The notes: generated by a model not told the origin, from the sequence alone. Counted from the first letter of the whole stretch, positions 38,740 to 51,724 are shown. The stretch: 57,971 bases of DNA, filler included, from Dirinaria sp. TL-2023a (GCA_051941275.1; 3 parts of 3 records of this genome joined end to end with filler, not necessarily neighbours in it), one strand, 5' to 3'. Numbers and translations are program-made.

Positions 38740-39865
38740 GGATTTCTCCGGCTGCCGACGTTTCCGCCAACTCACGCCCTGTCTCTTGGCCTCGGCGTCT
38801 TGTCGTTCGATCCACAGATGGTAGGCGTGCTTGAAGTGGTCGTACGTCCCCAGGTGCTGGGACCCGCGGTACACGTTCAGCTGCCTCGCCATGAGGCCCG
38901 AACCCACCGCCAACCCCCTCGTATTGAGGAAGGCGGCGATCTGCTTCACGCCGTTGCAGGCGTCGAGGGTCCCGTTGAGGGTGCGGAGGTCCGGGAATGT
39001 GGCGGCGAACGAAGGTAACAGGTAGGCGGGACGAGAGGTGGGATGTTTAATCCGTTCCATGCCGGTGAACTGCTCAGGTTCGAATCAGCCGGTTTTGCGT
39101 CTTGGTAGGATTGGTTTATCAGACATGATGGACTTACCTGGAATCTGGCCTCTGTCTCTGTATTTATTCCCTGATCCTGATAATAGGCCGAGATGGTCAA
39201 AGTGTCGCCTACTTTGAAGGCTCCATGGACAAATAAGGTATCGAATTTTAGCTTTGTTTCGAAGTCGGAATATGCCTCCGATCCGATGCCTTTCTTCTGC
39301 ATCCAAAGCGGGTCATACTCGTGGGCAAGCTCCCACGAAGATCCTCCAGCTTCACCATATACTCCCTGAGAGGGAGTTTGCGTCATGGCTGGAACTTGAG
39401 ATGATGAATCAGGCTCTGCTCGACAGTGGTTGTTGTAAGAGAAACCTTCCATAGGAGCCACATTGTTGTACATAGGATAATGATGTGCTTGCTGAGCATG
39501 ATGAACTTCGAACGATCTTAGCGAGCCAGCTTGGGAGCTCTCCGTGCATGTTTGCATGTGCTCATCAGATCCGGCTTGGACGTATTCGAACGAGCGAGCT
39601 TTTACATAATAGTCTAGAAACTCCTCTGGATAGATGCTGTGAGGATTGTCGACCGATTCAGATGGGTGATGACTCGAATCAACTTCCTCTTGATCAACGT
39701 CTAGCTGCTCTGTGACTGATTGCTACGCGTCATCAGCATCGAGTGACGCGGTTTGTTACTCTGGATGCTTACCATTTCATCCTCACTCAATACTGGTTGT
39801 TGTTCAGAGTACTGGGCTGAGTGCTGCGTTGCTGCCAAAGACTCTCCACAGAAAAAGCTGTTCAT
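38740..39865 (-). CDS. Hypothetical protein with a low-complexity N-terminus and a C-terminal RAMA-like domain; 3' truncated
   Basis: join(39865..39773, 39722..39138, 39069..<38740) with canonical GTAAG donors and GCTGAT branch sites, in phase; LKFDTLFVHGAFKVGDTLT and VYRGSQHLGTYDHFKHAY motifs. Confidence 0.7.
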
Positions 39866-40706
39866 TTTGCTGACTATGTGTTTAGACAGGGTGATCCTTC
39901 GCTCAAGCTTAATATAATATTAATTAAGAACTTGAAACGAGAAGTAATATGGAGACACAAAGAGGCGAGAGATAAAACCAAGATCGAAGATCAAAGAAGT
40001 GAGGAGATGTCTGTGGCCTCACGAAATGGGCGCGTCTTTAGATAACAACACATGATCCAGACGCTAAATCATTCACCATCTCACACCATCCGGATAAAAG
40101 ATCCGGCGGATTTTCATTCATTCCCTCAAGCTTCTGCTGCATGGAAATAGATAAGTGTTGTTATGCCAAGCACAAAAGCATATGGGTTTTCCTAGCATTT
40201 GGGTCGACAAGATCAACTCAGTGTTCCATAACAACAGCATTTCTCATATACTTCCAGCCGATATTTATTGCAAGAACATAATAGATGAAGCTTGAGCACA
40301 ACTAGCTGAAGCTAACTATTTGAGCTCAGAAAGAGTAAAATTCAGGCAGAGGTGCAGAGCAGTGTATATCTATGTGACAGCAGGCAGTAGTAGAGATGGG
40401 GCATTAGAGAGTAACATCGCTGCAGAGATGCTGAGCAATGTATATTGTCAAGCAACAAACATCGAGGTTTGCCTTGATGCAAACTCATCTGGACAAAGAG
40501 ATCTCAAAACTTCGAATCAGTTGGCTTGTCAAGCCGACTTGACTAACAGAGCTGTCAGCCTTCTTTTCAAGGCTGACTACCGTGCCGAGCCGCTCTTGTG
40601 CTGAAGTCTTCTAGTTATCTCTCAACAAGCAATCTAATCCTGACTGGATTTGACAAAGAATCTCAGATAGCTTGCCATGGGAAGTGACTCACTGTTTGAG
40701 AAAGAC

Positions 40707-42047
40707 TTAGAGGGCAATGATGTTCCTCAAGTCTCCACTGATGGCAGATTCTGTGGTGGGTGAACATTCTGAATCGGCGCCTTCATTCCTTGCCATGCTC
40801 CGATATCGCTCTAACTCCAGTACTTGGCCTTCTTCGACCGGGTCAGAGTTCTGCTGGTGGTACGTGGATCGGGAAAGCTTGCGCCTGAAGCTGTGGATAC
40901 TGAGTCTGGGCATCACTCTCGCGAAGAAAGGCCGTAAGGCCGGCATACAGCTGCAAACGACGCCAATGTTGATTTCCATAATGCTGCAATATGGAGGTTA
41001 GCCTAGAAGCGTTTAGGGTGGATCGGGCGTCTTCAAAAAAAAAAAAAAACGCACCTCCAGATGAAGTATTCTGCATTGGCAGCATTCTGCCGGACGATGT
41101 AGACATATCGCACCACTGCCACAACGCAGGTTCTGTGCATGGAAACTCAGTAACATGGGAGAAATTCATGGATGGTCCCGCGTACATCATTCCACTCATG
41201 AATATGATCGAAACACCAGCCTTCTCCCTTCGCGAAAGCTTCAGCCGCCAGACAATCGGAAGAGGTAGAATGAAGATGAGAACGTCGGAAAGTATGTTCA
41301 TAGATCCATACGCAAGGCCTGCCTTCGTGTAATTGATGCAGTGGCCTGGAGTGTCCGGCTTCCAGTATTTTGACCGCGGCGAACAGCCAAATATCTGGGT
41401 AAAGAGATTGGCACATAGGTAACCTACGACAAAGAACATCGTCGACAACGTAAGATACCGAAATACCTTATTAACGGCAAACAGTCGCAGGTATAGAATC
41501 AAGATCGACATCTTGTAGCCAAGTACACTGATCAAATATATCATGTCGGCGTCATTGATCCACTGCGACGTGATCAGCACTTCATCCAGACATTGACATG
41601 GTCCCGTGTAACCGGATGATTCACTTTGACATAAGCTGAATCATTGACTGCGATTAGGCTTCGATCTGTGGCTGGTGCCCCATGAGCAAGAACTTCACTG
41701 GAGGGTTATAGCTACATCTTGGTGGCTTACACAACCCTATAAGAACACTGTATGTTATGCAGAAAGCCTAGTGTAAGATCAGTGGATTCTGGCTTCCAAG
41801 GCGACGAGTTTTCCGAAGCACCTTACCAAGACAAGGGAAGCAGTATCTGGGGATGTCAGCTCTTTGGACGAAACGATTGACGAAAGAGAAAGGATTGTCA
41901 CCCACAATCATCCCAGCCTACTGAATGGACCAAAAAGACTCGCGACCATAAACGAAGCAAGATAAAAGTCAAAGTTATGGTAGGCAGCACAATACATGCT
42001 GCCACAATATTATGCGCGCGACTTGATTCACCAACATCAACGGCCAT
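40707..42047 (-). CDS. Second PTH11/Sat4-like (rhodopsin-domain) membrane protein, multi-exon
   Basis: MAVDVG...ILLRLWSRVFLVHSVGWDD; KMSILILYLRLF; IFGCSP...GHC; NILSDVLIFILPLPIVWRLKL; EINIGVVCSCMPALRPFF. Confidence 0.88.
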
Positions 42048-42799
42048 TCTGGTCGTTGGTATTCATCATTGCCATGGAGCCAAAGAACTCATATAAGGAA
42101 GACTAGTATAAAGAAAGGCGCTTCATACGAACCAGTATTCGAGGCATCGACCCAACAGATGAAAGGCAAATTTGAAAAGCTGCACAAGTTACACAACGGA
42201 GCCTTTCAAATTCCAAGAAAGGCGCAGTTGTAGTAGGAAGACCGAAATGGGGGCATCTCCCGACCCATTTGAGTGGTACGTACAAGACACTTGTCTTGGT
42301 TTGGTGCGTGGTTCGTAGAATGATGTTTATTGGTTTTCGATTGCTGTTGTACTTGGCGATATTGGCACGATCAATGCCTAAAGTATCAGCACACATACAT
42401 TAGCGTTCACCGATGCCAATGCTGTGATTTCGTTCATGCATCACACATAAGCGCAATTATAACGCTGATGTCGAGCTAAAAGGAGAATTCATGCTTACAT
42501 CTGATGTACATACATACCCCACATCCCCGTAATCCGTCGCTAAGCCAATCGGGTCTTAACACGGGCTTATGCAGAGCGTTGTGAGACTTGCATGCATGGG
42601 ATGCTTCGGAGGCGTGCATGTCAATTTTCGCTTGCACAACGTTGGAGGCACGAGGCCTCAAGATACGAGCAATCGAATAAGGAGTAAGGCTGAGGCACAT
42701 CCCAATCAGCTTAGAATTCGTTTTTCGCATGCTTGCCGCCATGAAAAGTCGGCTCCCCATGTTTTTTCCTGATCTCGCTAAATGACGGTGATAGGGATC

Positions 42800-43411
42800 A
42801 GGTCGAGCATTTACCCAGATTTAGAATCCGTTGGGGCCAAATATTCATCACCGGCAAGACTTCTGCAAGTTCCAGGTGAGGAGCTTTCAGCTTGTCGAAA
42901 CCAACACTTAAGTCCAAGGGATCTTGGATACTGATCTGACAGCGCTTACAAAAGCGAAAGCGATTGATGTGAGCCTCGATGAAAATTAAGAAGCGTGCCA
43001 AACGATTATTGCTGCAAAGTGGACGGGTCCGTGGAAATAAGGCAAGATTGAAGTAGAGTGTATTCGTATTGCTTCTTCCTTTGGACATGGGGCGAGCTAC
43101 GCCGCAGCCCCATTGAAACAGTTTCATAGCCCCCAGACTCGGATCCCTGGAGAGAGCCGGTGGACCATCGTCGATGTGTGTCCCGAATGGCACTACAGCA
43201 TCAGTCGAACCTACTTTATCGCCGTCGTTAAAAATAAATAAGAAGCTCTCCCACACAAAGAAAAACCGTCCTTTGCAGCGGATCGAGATTGCCAAGTGCG
43301 TGTGGAACCGATGATCACTGAAGCACCCGAAGATTGTGACCAATGTAAACCTCCTATGCGTCATGCTCCCTCAAAAACACTGCTAAGGCTGACAAGCGGG
43401 CTCTACGGCTG
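42800..43411 (+). pseudogene. Possible decayed coding sequence of unknown family
   Basis: One + frame gives protein-like text for ~200 codons, broken by one TAG and four TAA. The codon-aligned antisense frame is open for 188 aa (42798..43364), as is common opposite real genes. Confidence 0.3.
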
Positions 43412-45537
43412 ATCATTGTCCGAGAGTTGGTTCAAATGCTAATAGCCTTGCACGTAATAACGATCGGCATTTGTATGAACCCAGTACTAGTGTGTAGGCA
43501 GCTACCTTGGGATGCCGTGCTTCCATCCAGGACGATTAGATATACCGTACCCAGGAATTCGGACATCTTCGACACGCCATTTATTCTAGTCGAAACGGAC
43601 GAACCTCGGATTTCTCTATATTCTCTTCTCTCGTCGCCATTGTGGGAAATCCCTCTTAAGCCTATCCTGCTGTGGACTGGCTAGCCTCATGGGGTAGTCG
43701 TACTTGGTGAGTACAGAGACAGTCTACAGGCTTTTCGATACCGTACGCCGCATCAAAGCCCGAATCTGTGGCGTGTGATTATCACCAAATAGCGATCAGA
43801 ATCTTCTAACGAATTTCGAGTTCTTCGACAGTCCACAGCAGCGTCATATTGGAAATGCCCTCGGTGTCAGAGACGATTCGCCGCTTTCTCAAGTTTAAGA
43901 TAGGCATGATCAGCTTCTCCGGCCTTGAAAGGCACGACACAAGAGGTGGATAAAATTGCTGTCCTTCCAGGAATTAGATCGCAAAGCTACAAGTATTTGT
44001 ATCGCTCGGTGCAATGATAGAGTATGACGGAACAAGATGGTAACATGTGTTACGACTTCAGGAGCGTCATACGGAACCTCGCTCTCTTCACATGGTGAGC
44101 CAAATTCTATTGCATTCGATCTCGCTTGCTATTGAAGCGCGAGGCAGAGTCACGTCAACCTCGTCTTAAGCGACTTGACAGAGTCTCAAGACGAGATCGA
44201 ATCTTGAGTTAAGTTAGCAAGAGAAAGCGAGCCTAATTGAAAGAGAACTGATCCGCTCGTTTCTTTCTCGTTCTTTAGTTATTTGTCTTAGAAATAGGAG
44301 CCTGCTCTTTTTTTCTTTCACTTCTCATCACCAATAATCGAACCCCTTCACGCGATGTGTCTGTTTCTCCCCTGTAGCTTTACTTCAATTACGAAGCTTC
44401 ACTCAAAAGAGACCCTTCATCTCACAAAATGTTAGCGTACAAAAATTGACATGCGTTTGAAATCCGCGTGTCTGCCGGCTAGCGCACGAGGGTTCGTTCT
44501 GCATGGGTGACTGTGCCAGGCTTTCGGAGATCTCTGTCACCCTCGGGAGAAATTGCTGGAGCTTTGATACCTCAGGTATTCTACCTCACTCAAAGAAACC
44601 TCATCAAAGCGTTGCAGCCGCTTGGGCTTTCTCCGTCCCTTCCCCCCTTCATTTTGTGCAATTTCAATGGAGCTAGTCGGCGTACTCTGAGTGCAGCGGT
44701 ATCACCATCGGGCTACAGAGCTCCATCATCCCAGATGAGATCCTTCCTTGGGAGACGTGGATCTTCCACTCGGGCGATACTCAATCATAAGTGTACAGTA
44801 TACGTGGAAGGTGGTCCAAAGTGAGGAGATGTCGTTTCATTCGCAGAGACGTGTAGGCTAGCTTCCCCACAATAGCTGAACCCTTATAGGAGCGGAGCGA
44901 CTAGGGGGTGCGCCGGTTAATATTAGTTCGTATTTGCCTTCATCCTCAGCTGCTTGATTGTTTTCTTCACTTTCGTATCTCGAACACAGTCAAATTCACA
45001 CTCAAGTCTTTCGTCTCGATAGGCAACCGGGTACCTTAGTAAGCTTATCACGTGACATAATATTAAGTAACATAAAGATTGCCTCGACTGCACAGTGCCG
45101 AGGTTATGTAGTTATTCATATTTCACTTTGGTGTAGCAATGAAACCCGGTTTATTCCTCCCTCCTACAGACCTATTAGGCTACTAGGTAGTCCAAACGAA
45201 AAGAACTTGCGACGGGATATTCCCTTTTGACTACATCCCGAAAGCAGAGTACTTCTAAACTCAACCTCAGCCTTCACAACTTCTCTGCCTACACTTATGT
45301 AGCTTGATCCAACCACTCCTACCCCCCTTAGCTCCGATCTCACATCTCAAAATGGTCGGATACACACGTGTGCGCAAGTCGCCTTTGCTTAGAGGTCCGC
45401 GCATACGTCGCGAGTGGACAGGGATGCCAATAATAATATGTTAGGCGACAAGCTCGGACGAGTTCAAGCTCTCGCTGTAAACTACTCAGCCTTCCAAACG
45501 GACTCCGATCGATGTCTTGACTCTATCTGCGGATAGC

Positions 45538-46239
45538 ATGCATCATGCCTTCGTCCACCTCGTGCAAGCAACATGCTGCGCCCTCATTGTGTGCATATAT
45601 TGTCAATTTATCTTTCCGAACCTAGTCTCCTCGTGGCCTCTACAATCGTTGAATCCCTCTCTCCAGCTGCTATCGTCCGTTTCGTCACCGCCCACAGTAG
45701 CAGTGCAAAATTTTACAGGATTAGACACCACTCCATCAAACAGGTATCTAGTATCATATATGTTCCCCCATAACAGGCTGCCAGCTAACATAGGTGCAAG
45801 CGACTCGTGGCCTCCTACTCCTTTCTTTCTTAGAAACATAAACAAAAACGACACCCATCCTCAATGGATGCATTTCACCTCCAATGGTTCTCGACTCGAA
45901 CCAGAAGAAAGCACCTCGATAAGTTGGTACATGCGGAGCCTGATCCTTCGCCTTTCGGAACTCAATCGTGATGACCCTTGTCCGGGATACGTGACTCCGA
46001 CTGGGGCTCATACAGAGGTTGAACTCGATGTGCACCTATTCCGATCACCCGTGCCTACGGTAGCGCTATGCGAACTTGTGATGACCATATTCGAAAGAAT
46101 GATAGAAAAATGGGGCGCGGAGGTGATCATGTTCAGATTTGGCCAAGGGACAGAAATCGACAGGCCACGAGGTAGGTTTCGACTTTCATTGAGGCAGCCC
46201 CGTGTAGGCCAGGAGGGAGGAGAACTTGATCAGTCGTAA
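45538..46239 (+). CDS. Putative secreted protein of unknown function
   Basis: ATG at 45538; hydrophobic N-terminus (ALIVCIYCQFIFPNLVSSWPL), Ser/Thr/Pro linker, then WPPTPF...ELVMTIFERMIEKWGAEVIMFRFG...RGRFRLSL. An intron-like stretch near 45744-45793 could not be spliced in frame. Confidence 0.6.
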   Translation: MHHAFVHLVQATCCALIVCIYCQFIFPNLVSSWPLQSLNPSLQLLSSVSSPPTVAVQNFTGLDTTPSNRYLVSYMFPHNRLPANIGASDSWPPTPFFLRNINKNDTHPQWMHFTSNGSRLEPEESTSISWYMRSLILRLSELNRDDPCPGYVTPTGAHTEVELDVHLFRSPVPTVALCELVMTIFERMIEKWGAEVIMFRFGQGTEIDRPRGRFRLSLRQPRVGQEGGELDQS

Positions 46240-46393
46240 GCGCTTGCTAGGGTTCGATCATCGAGCTGCTATAGAAAGTTGGAAGCAGATCTTGCAATTT
46301 AAACCCTTGTGCACCCTCGGCCTTGTGCAAAGCGAATCATTAATATAACCCTGATGAGCTTCAAACCTTGGCTTGACGACAATATTGCACTAG

Positions 46394-48503
46394 CTATAGA
46401 TTGAATTTGGAGATGAAGTTTGATATTCCATCATAGGAGGCCATCAACGCGCGCTTCCGCCGTGGATTGAGACCGAAGAAGCTCCCCGCGTATCTCGTCC
46501 AAGAGCAGTCTGTCTGTTCAGCCCTGACCCCGTAGGCAAAGTACTCGTAGTTGGCGGCAACATTCTCCGGAAAGTTGACTGGGTTAAAGTCCGGTAGCAC
46601 GCGATTATAAGCATACCAAGTGACACAGCGCCAGTCATAGCAAGCACCGAACTTCCACTTTGGATCCGTGTGGTAGCCGTCATGGATGTCTCTGCCCACC
46701 AGATGAGGGACCTGGAGGAGCAGGTGCAAGAAGTTCCCGCCTTGCTCATTGATTGTGGGGTTTTGCTGCGTGGGCACCGCGCACGGCAGCGCCAAAGGCT
46801 GGTAGAAGAAACCCGGGCAAAAAATCATGTACGCCGTATGCGGCAACACGAGGAACGCCCTTGTACCTTCCTTGCAGAAATGGGTTTTGCGTTGGAAATC
46901 GCACCGCAATTTGATGGCGGCGTCGTTGCCGGTGGTGTTCCATCGCGCAGCGATACCGAACGTGTCGTACACTTGTTGCTGGACCTGCGGCCCTGCGTTG
47001 AAAGCATAGACCCAGTAATCGCTATGGATATTGTTTTGAGCGAATTTCGCCAAAGTACGAGCGTTGGCCGCCGCGTCTTGCAAAAGTACCAGCGCATCCC
47101 CGGAACATTGCTGGGAAAGAGTAATCGACTGCTCCCAGACATTGTCGGTCTGTCTGCTCGCAAGGCCGTGAGCAGCGCTCGACCGTGGGACTGGTCTCAG
47201 ACCAGCAACAGGCTGTGCATCTCTCTTCTCGACCGCAGGAAGTACTCCGTTCGGAGGAAGACAAGAATCGCCATTGTAGGGTGCACCACCTTGTCCGTAA
47301 CCCCATTGAGCGATGGCCAACTGCGCGTAAGAGTCCGGGTTCTTTGTCGCATTTGCTTGTGAAGGCGGAGCTCCGCTCGAGTTCGCAAGATCGATGCAGC
47401 CAGAGGTTCCACAGACACTATTGGAGATGACTGGTCCTACTACGTTGTTCAAAGTTAGAAGCAAGTGGAACATCACGTGAGATGTAGAGCTGCTTATGTG
47501 GGTTCCAGGCGGCGCGGAGCATGGGGCTGGAACTCTCCCTAAGCTCATAGCAGACGGGCATAGAACGATATCTGCGTCGCCGACAAATGATGGAGTAAAA
47601 CTATAACCCAAGATATTTGAATCGGGGCTACATAATTGCAGACCGTCAGTACAATACAGGTCAACATGAGGACCGGAACCAGTGACACTGCTCGCGACTG
47701 TGCTCGCGACAGCTTGCACAGTTTTGCGAGAAGCCTCGGAAAAGAATTGGCCGTAAAGCTTGCTGTTCGAATCGTTGGCGGCCAGTGCAACGGAATGAGC
47801 ATATATGCCGGCATCTGACAGGGCATCCGATACAATCGTCGCGTTCTGGGCTACACAATCTGCCGTGTCCATTTGAGCTCCGTTCGCAGCGCTCGCATAC
47901 GAAGCGTCGACATCTCGATATATCGGGAACACGGACGAAAGCCGTAATGGCTGAACAGCCACTGTGATATCACCCAGGCCTGCAGCCGCATAATTTCCCA
48001 GCCTCGGTGCTTGAGAGGTAAGATCCGCTGCTGCGTCGGTCGGAACGACATAAGAACCAGAATGAGACACGCCTTGGAATACGGACGTAAGAGCGACTTG
48101 ATACAGTATCTGACCTCCTCGACTAGGTCCGCTTGGAATGCTCTGCAAATAGCTCCTTAGATCAAAGGTTTTCGAGAACGTCTGCCCTGGTGCGAAATTG
48201 TACAGATCATTGTTGGTAATGCCCGAGCGCATTGCATAGGTTGAGGCAATCTGCACATCTTCTCCTTCATCGTCAATGATATTGAAAGACACAGGCAACA
48301 GCGTCTGGTTATCGAAAATGTTGTTCCATTTCAGGATTGAGATCGTGTTTGCAGTGGGATTGGTGATATTGATGGTGATGATGTATGGATTACCCAGGCC
48401 GGTGATAGACCCAGTCAGTTGAGCGAACGATGTCTGGCTCGAGAAAAGGACTACGCAAATCAAAAAAAAAGAGCCGTTCCGATGAAAAAGGCATGATTGC
48501 CAT
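46394..48503 (-). CDS. Secreted tandem M35 (deuterolysin-like) pseudo-metalloprotease: signal peptide, prodomain and two catalytically degenerate domains
   Basis: Prodomain ITNPTANTISILKWNNIFD; domain 1 LYCTD..LC / IVLCP / FHLLLT / NPDSYAQLA; EKR linker; domain 2 LRCD / IFCPGFF / EQGGNFLHLLLQ / VAANYEYFA. The ATG at 48503/48494 is in frame only if the A9 run at 48462-48470 is A8. Confidence 0.8.
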
Positions 48504-49700
48504 ACCTGCTCAGAGAATGGGGCCGGGTCACATGGTATTTGAGATGCACCCACATTATTATTAGGTACGGGACATCATAGCGATGAGAGGTAAACAGCGA
48601 CGAAGTACGCGCCAATGCTCCCGCAAGAAAATAGAATTGGTTGGGTTAAAAAGCGCTTCAGCGGTTATTCGATCGCCTGTTCAGCCTCTTGAGAGAAAAG
48701 TAGACGCAGGAAAAGCATCGAACAGCATTCAAGCACCTTCATCAAGAGCCCAAGCGCCTCGATTTGCTCGCCGGAGCGCTGTGCGTCATTCATTTTCTTG
48801 CTGCTCCAGCTCATCGTGGTTTAGATTGCCATTTTGTGGTAAGGAAGAGCTGGTCCCAAGGCAAGAGTGGCTCCTTGCACATTTTCTCCATAATACTCCG
48901 GCTTGTGGACTTGATGTTAGGCGATGTGGTGGACATGTTTTATATTGGGATTGAAATGACCATAGAGACTCACGTGGAGAGCGTTTGCTGCAATTTTTCG
49001 GATCTTGATGTTCCTATTGAATGAATTGTGTATTGATTGCAAGTAATCAAGCTTGCCACAACGACCGGGACGCAAGAAAAACCTACCAACGTCTATGCAG
49101 AAATGTAGCTGTAGTCGAAATTGTAGGCTATTTTTGAGGTCTACTGAGTCATCATAGTTCCACTGCCCATCACAATATCGATAAAGCGAAAATATAATGG
49201 CCACTGACTTCAATTGATGAGACTCAAGACATTTTCCTCCGAGTTGTGGCGGACCTTTTGTCACCTGCTGCTATACACTGAAATTGACATTTTGTTACTG
49301 TTTTCGTTGGTTAAGATGCCAAGATGTCGTTCTTTCTCTTTGCGGTCAAACGGTTCTGCATGGCCTTGACGAGCGTTTTTTTCTTGGGAAGAGCCCTGTG
49401 GCTTTAGCTCTTAACACAGATTGTGGAGGTAGGATTGAAAGCTTCTTGTTGAGCAACGCCCAGCTCTGTAACGTCAGAAGCTTTCAAGGTAGAGTGGAGA
49501 GGATTCCAGAGATTGAGTTCGTTTACAGTCTCTGACATTAACTATATCGGAAATTTCTAGTAGATGTGAACCTGCATCTTTAAGAAATGATGGATACCGC
49601 TAGATCATCTATTCAATCCAGCGCTGCTGAGAATTACTCTGCTGGTATAATCATGTAAGTTTGATCCTTCGTCCATCTCGCCTGACTCCTTCTCATATCG

Positions 49701-50517
49701 TTAAGCTGTATCAATCTCTGAGGATGTCGCGTTCACGGGCGAGGAAAGTCTAAGAATTCTACCGCCTGATAATGTAATGTTGTGGCCACCTGAGAGGGAA
49801 GAGGTGCCACTGGTTGTGAACATACCCGGGATCCAACGGAAAGCTTCAACGCGTATGTAGAAAGGTTCGGCCGTCGTTACAAACGGAAGTCGGTAAAAGC
49901 CTTTGAGCTCAGCGACGCAAATGTTATACCCAACAGTCTGCCTTAGATATAGTCTTCCGGTACTTGAAACGTAGGGGGTGGATATCGCCAAAGGGACTTC
50001 GTGGTCCAGGTTGCCCGAGACTGTAGCGGCTCTTTTGTGAACTTGGGCACCGACCCATACAAGCGTCTCAACCTCAATGTTAAGACGATCATCTACCGTG
50101 CCCACCAGCTTTCGAAAGGAGAAATGTTAGTCCCTTACGGCAATTGAGCAGTGTGGCGCGTACCTCTATCCCAACAGGGGTCTCTGTTTTTCCTTTATTG
50201 AGGTCAATGAAGGCGTCAAAAGATACTGTCGCAGTGAAAGGTCCACTCTGTCTTATCGTGAAGTTCGCAAGGTTATGGTGAGTTGATTGACTTATCGACA
50301 CGAGGGCCCGTGGTAAGTGTATTGAACCCGCGACGCCTTGCTGCTCATGTGAGCGTCGTTGACGACGTGCTGGTAGGGACTGTATTTGTTTGGAAGCGAC
50401 GTCCCTGTCACCTTCAGTGGGCTGGGCGAGCTCGCTGTCGGGATTGAGCGGTAAGGCCGCTGCTATGGTGGGAAGAACGAGGCAGAGGAATCTAAGGAAA
50501 AGGACCAAAGCCAACAT
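49701..50517 (-). CDS. Secreted protein of unknown function (~253 aa), beta-strand-rich
   Basis: join(50517..50164, 50108..49701); 55-nt intron GTACGC...ACTAAC...AAG in phase; signal peptide MLALVLFLRFLCLVLPTIAAALP; basic RRQRR propeptide site. Confidence 0.8.
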
Positions 50518-51724
50518 AATTTTGACCAAGTGGCAAGAGGCCTAGGAAGAGCTTGACCACAATGGTCGGTGACTCCAAACCATCCACCTGCTAGCAGCAA
50601 CAAGGACTGCAAGGGTACAAATACTCGAAAAGATGAGGACTATAGGTTCTGGTTGAAAATCATATAGAAACCGCGCAAGATAACATCTGCGGAATGGAAA
50701 TCGCATGGGCTTAGCGATTGGACGGGATCCCTCGGGCAGCGTTTTCTTCTAGCGATAAGAGCAAGAGACGCTGCACATCATGCGTGCGGCACTTTTTCTC
50801 ACGAGCCATCGATGGAAGAAAGTCGTGGGATGTGTGGATCTTGTGCCAGCTCGCCGGTGAAACGCACGCGGTATTTTGCCATGCCTATCATCTTATCTGC
50901 ACAGGGCGGGCGATGAAACGTATAGCAAGCCTTGTGTGGTAGATGGGATACTTATTAATATTTATTGCTATTTGGAACACCAGATCGGGCGCATATAAGA
51001 ATAGGGATCAAACTCACAGAGACGAGGGAGTAACAAATCGCCGGGTAAAGCTCGGCTGTATCGAAATTTGATTAATAATACGGTTTTTTATTGTTAGTGC
51101 TATGTACCATTGGTATTCAATCCCAACCACATCCTCAAAGTGGAAGAATTCGACCACATCATCATTATTATTTCTCAAGTTCGTCTTTGATAGATGCTTT
51201 CCACCGCTACACCTACTTGACTACCCAAGTCTTACTAAAATAGCGCAGCCATCATAGAACATCCATGGTAACCTTACTGCCTGAGAGCAAACAATCTAAA
51301 TCCTCCACATCGATGAATCTCAATTTTGTTAGGTGCCATACTAAGGTCATACAGGCAGAAGCGTGCGACACAAGGAACGCAGACACAGATATACCAATAA
51401 TGTATGTAATGTATGTAAGCTGGGATATCCGCCGACGAAAGTAAATAGGCCTTGCGCGGCATTGCGAATCGTTTGCGCATGTCGCAACCGCTCGTGAACA
51501 ACGCGCATCATCAGCGCCCCGTAGCAAGCCCGGAACAATATTGTGTCAGAGCATTCACTTCGTTTTCTAAGATCTTGCGCTGGTCGTTCCCGTCAGAATA
51601 AGTCTTTATACTGCACGGCTGTCCCAATGCAATTTTCGTCGGAGGTTCCTTGAGCGAGCCTTGTGTTCGCCCGCCCATCGTTAGAACCTTCCCACATGAC
51701 TGGGCTGTGCTCCGGTTGCTCGAG

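Noticed and set aside
39077..39086. GGTTCGAATC as a tRNA T-loop
   Set aside because: No cloverleaf or A box around it, and it overlaps an intron branch-site region. I recognised no tRNA or rRNA genes in the window.
43845..43905. WKCPRCQRRFAAFSSLR resembling a C2H2 zinc finger
   Set aside because: It is followed immediately by stops, has no His ligands, and has no supporting ORF or splice context.
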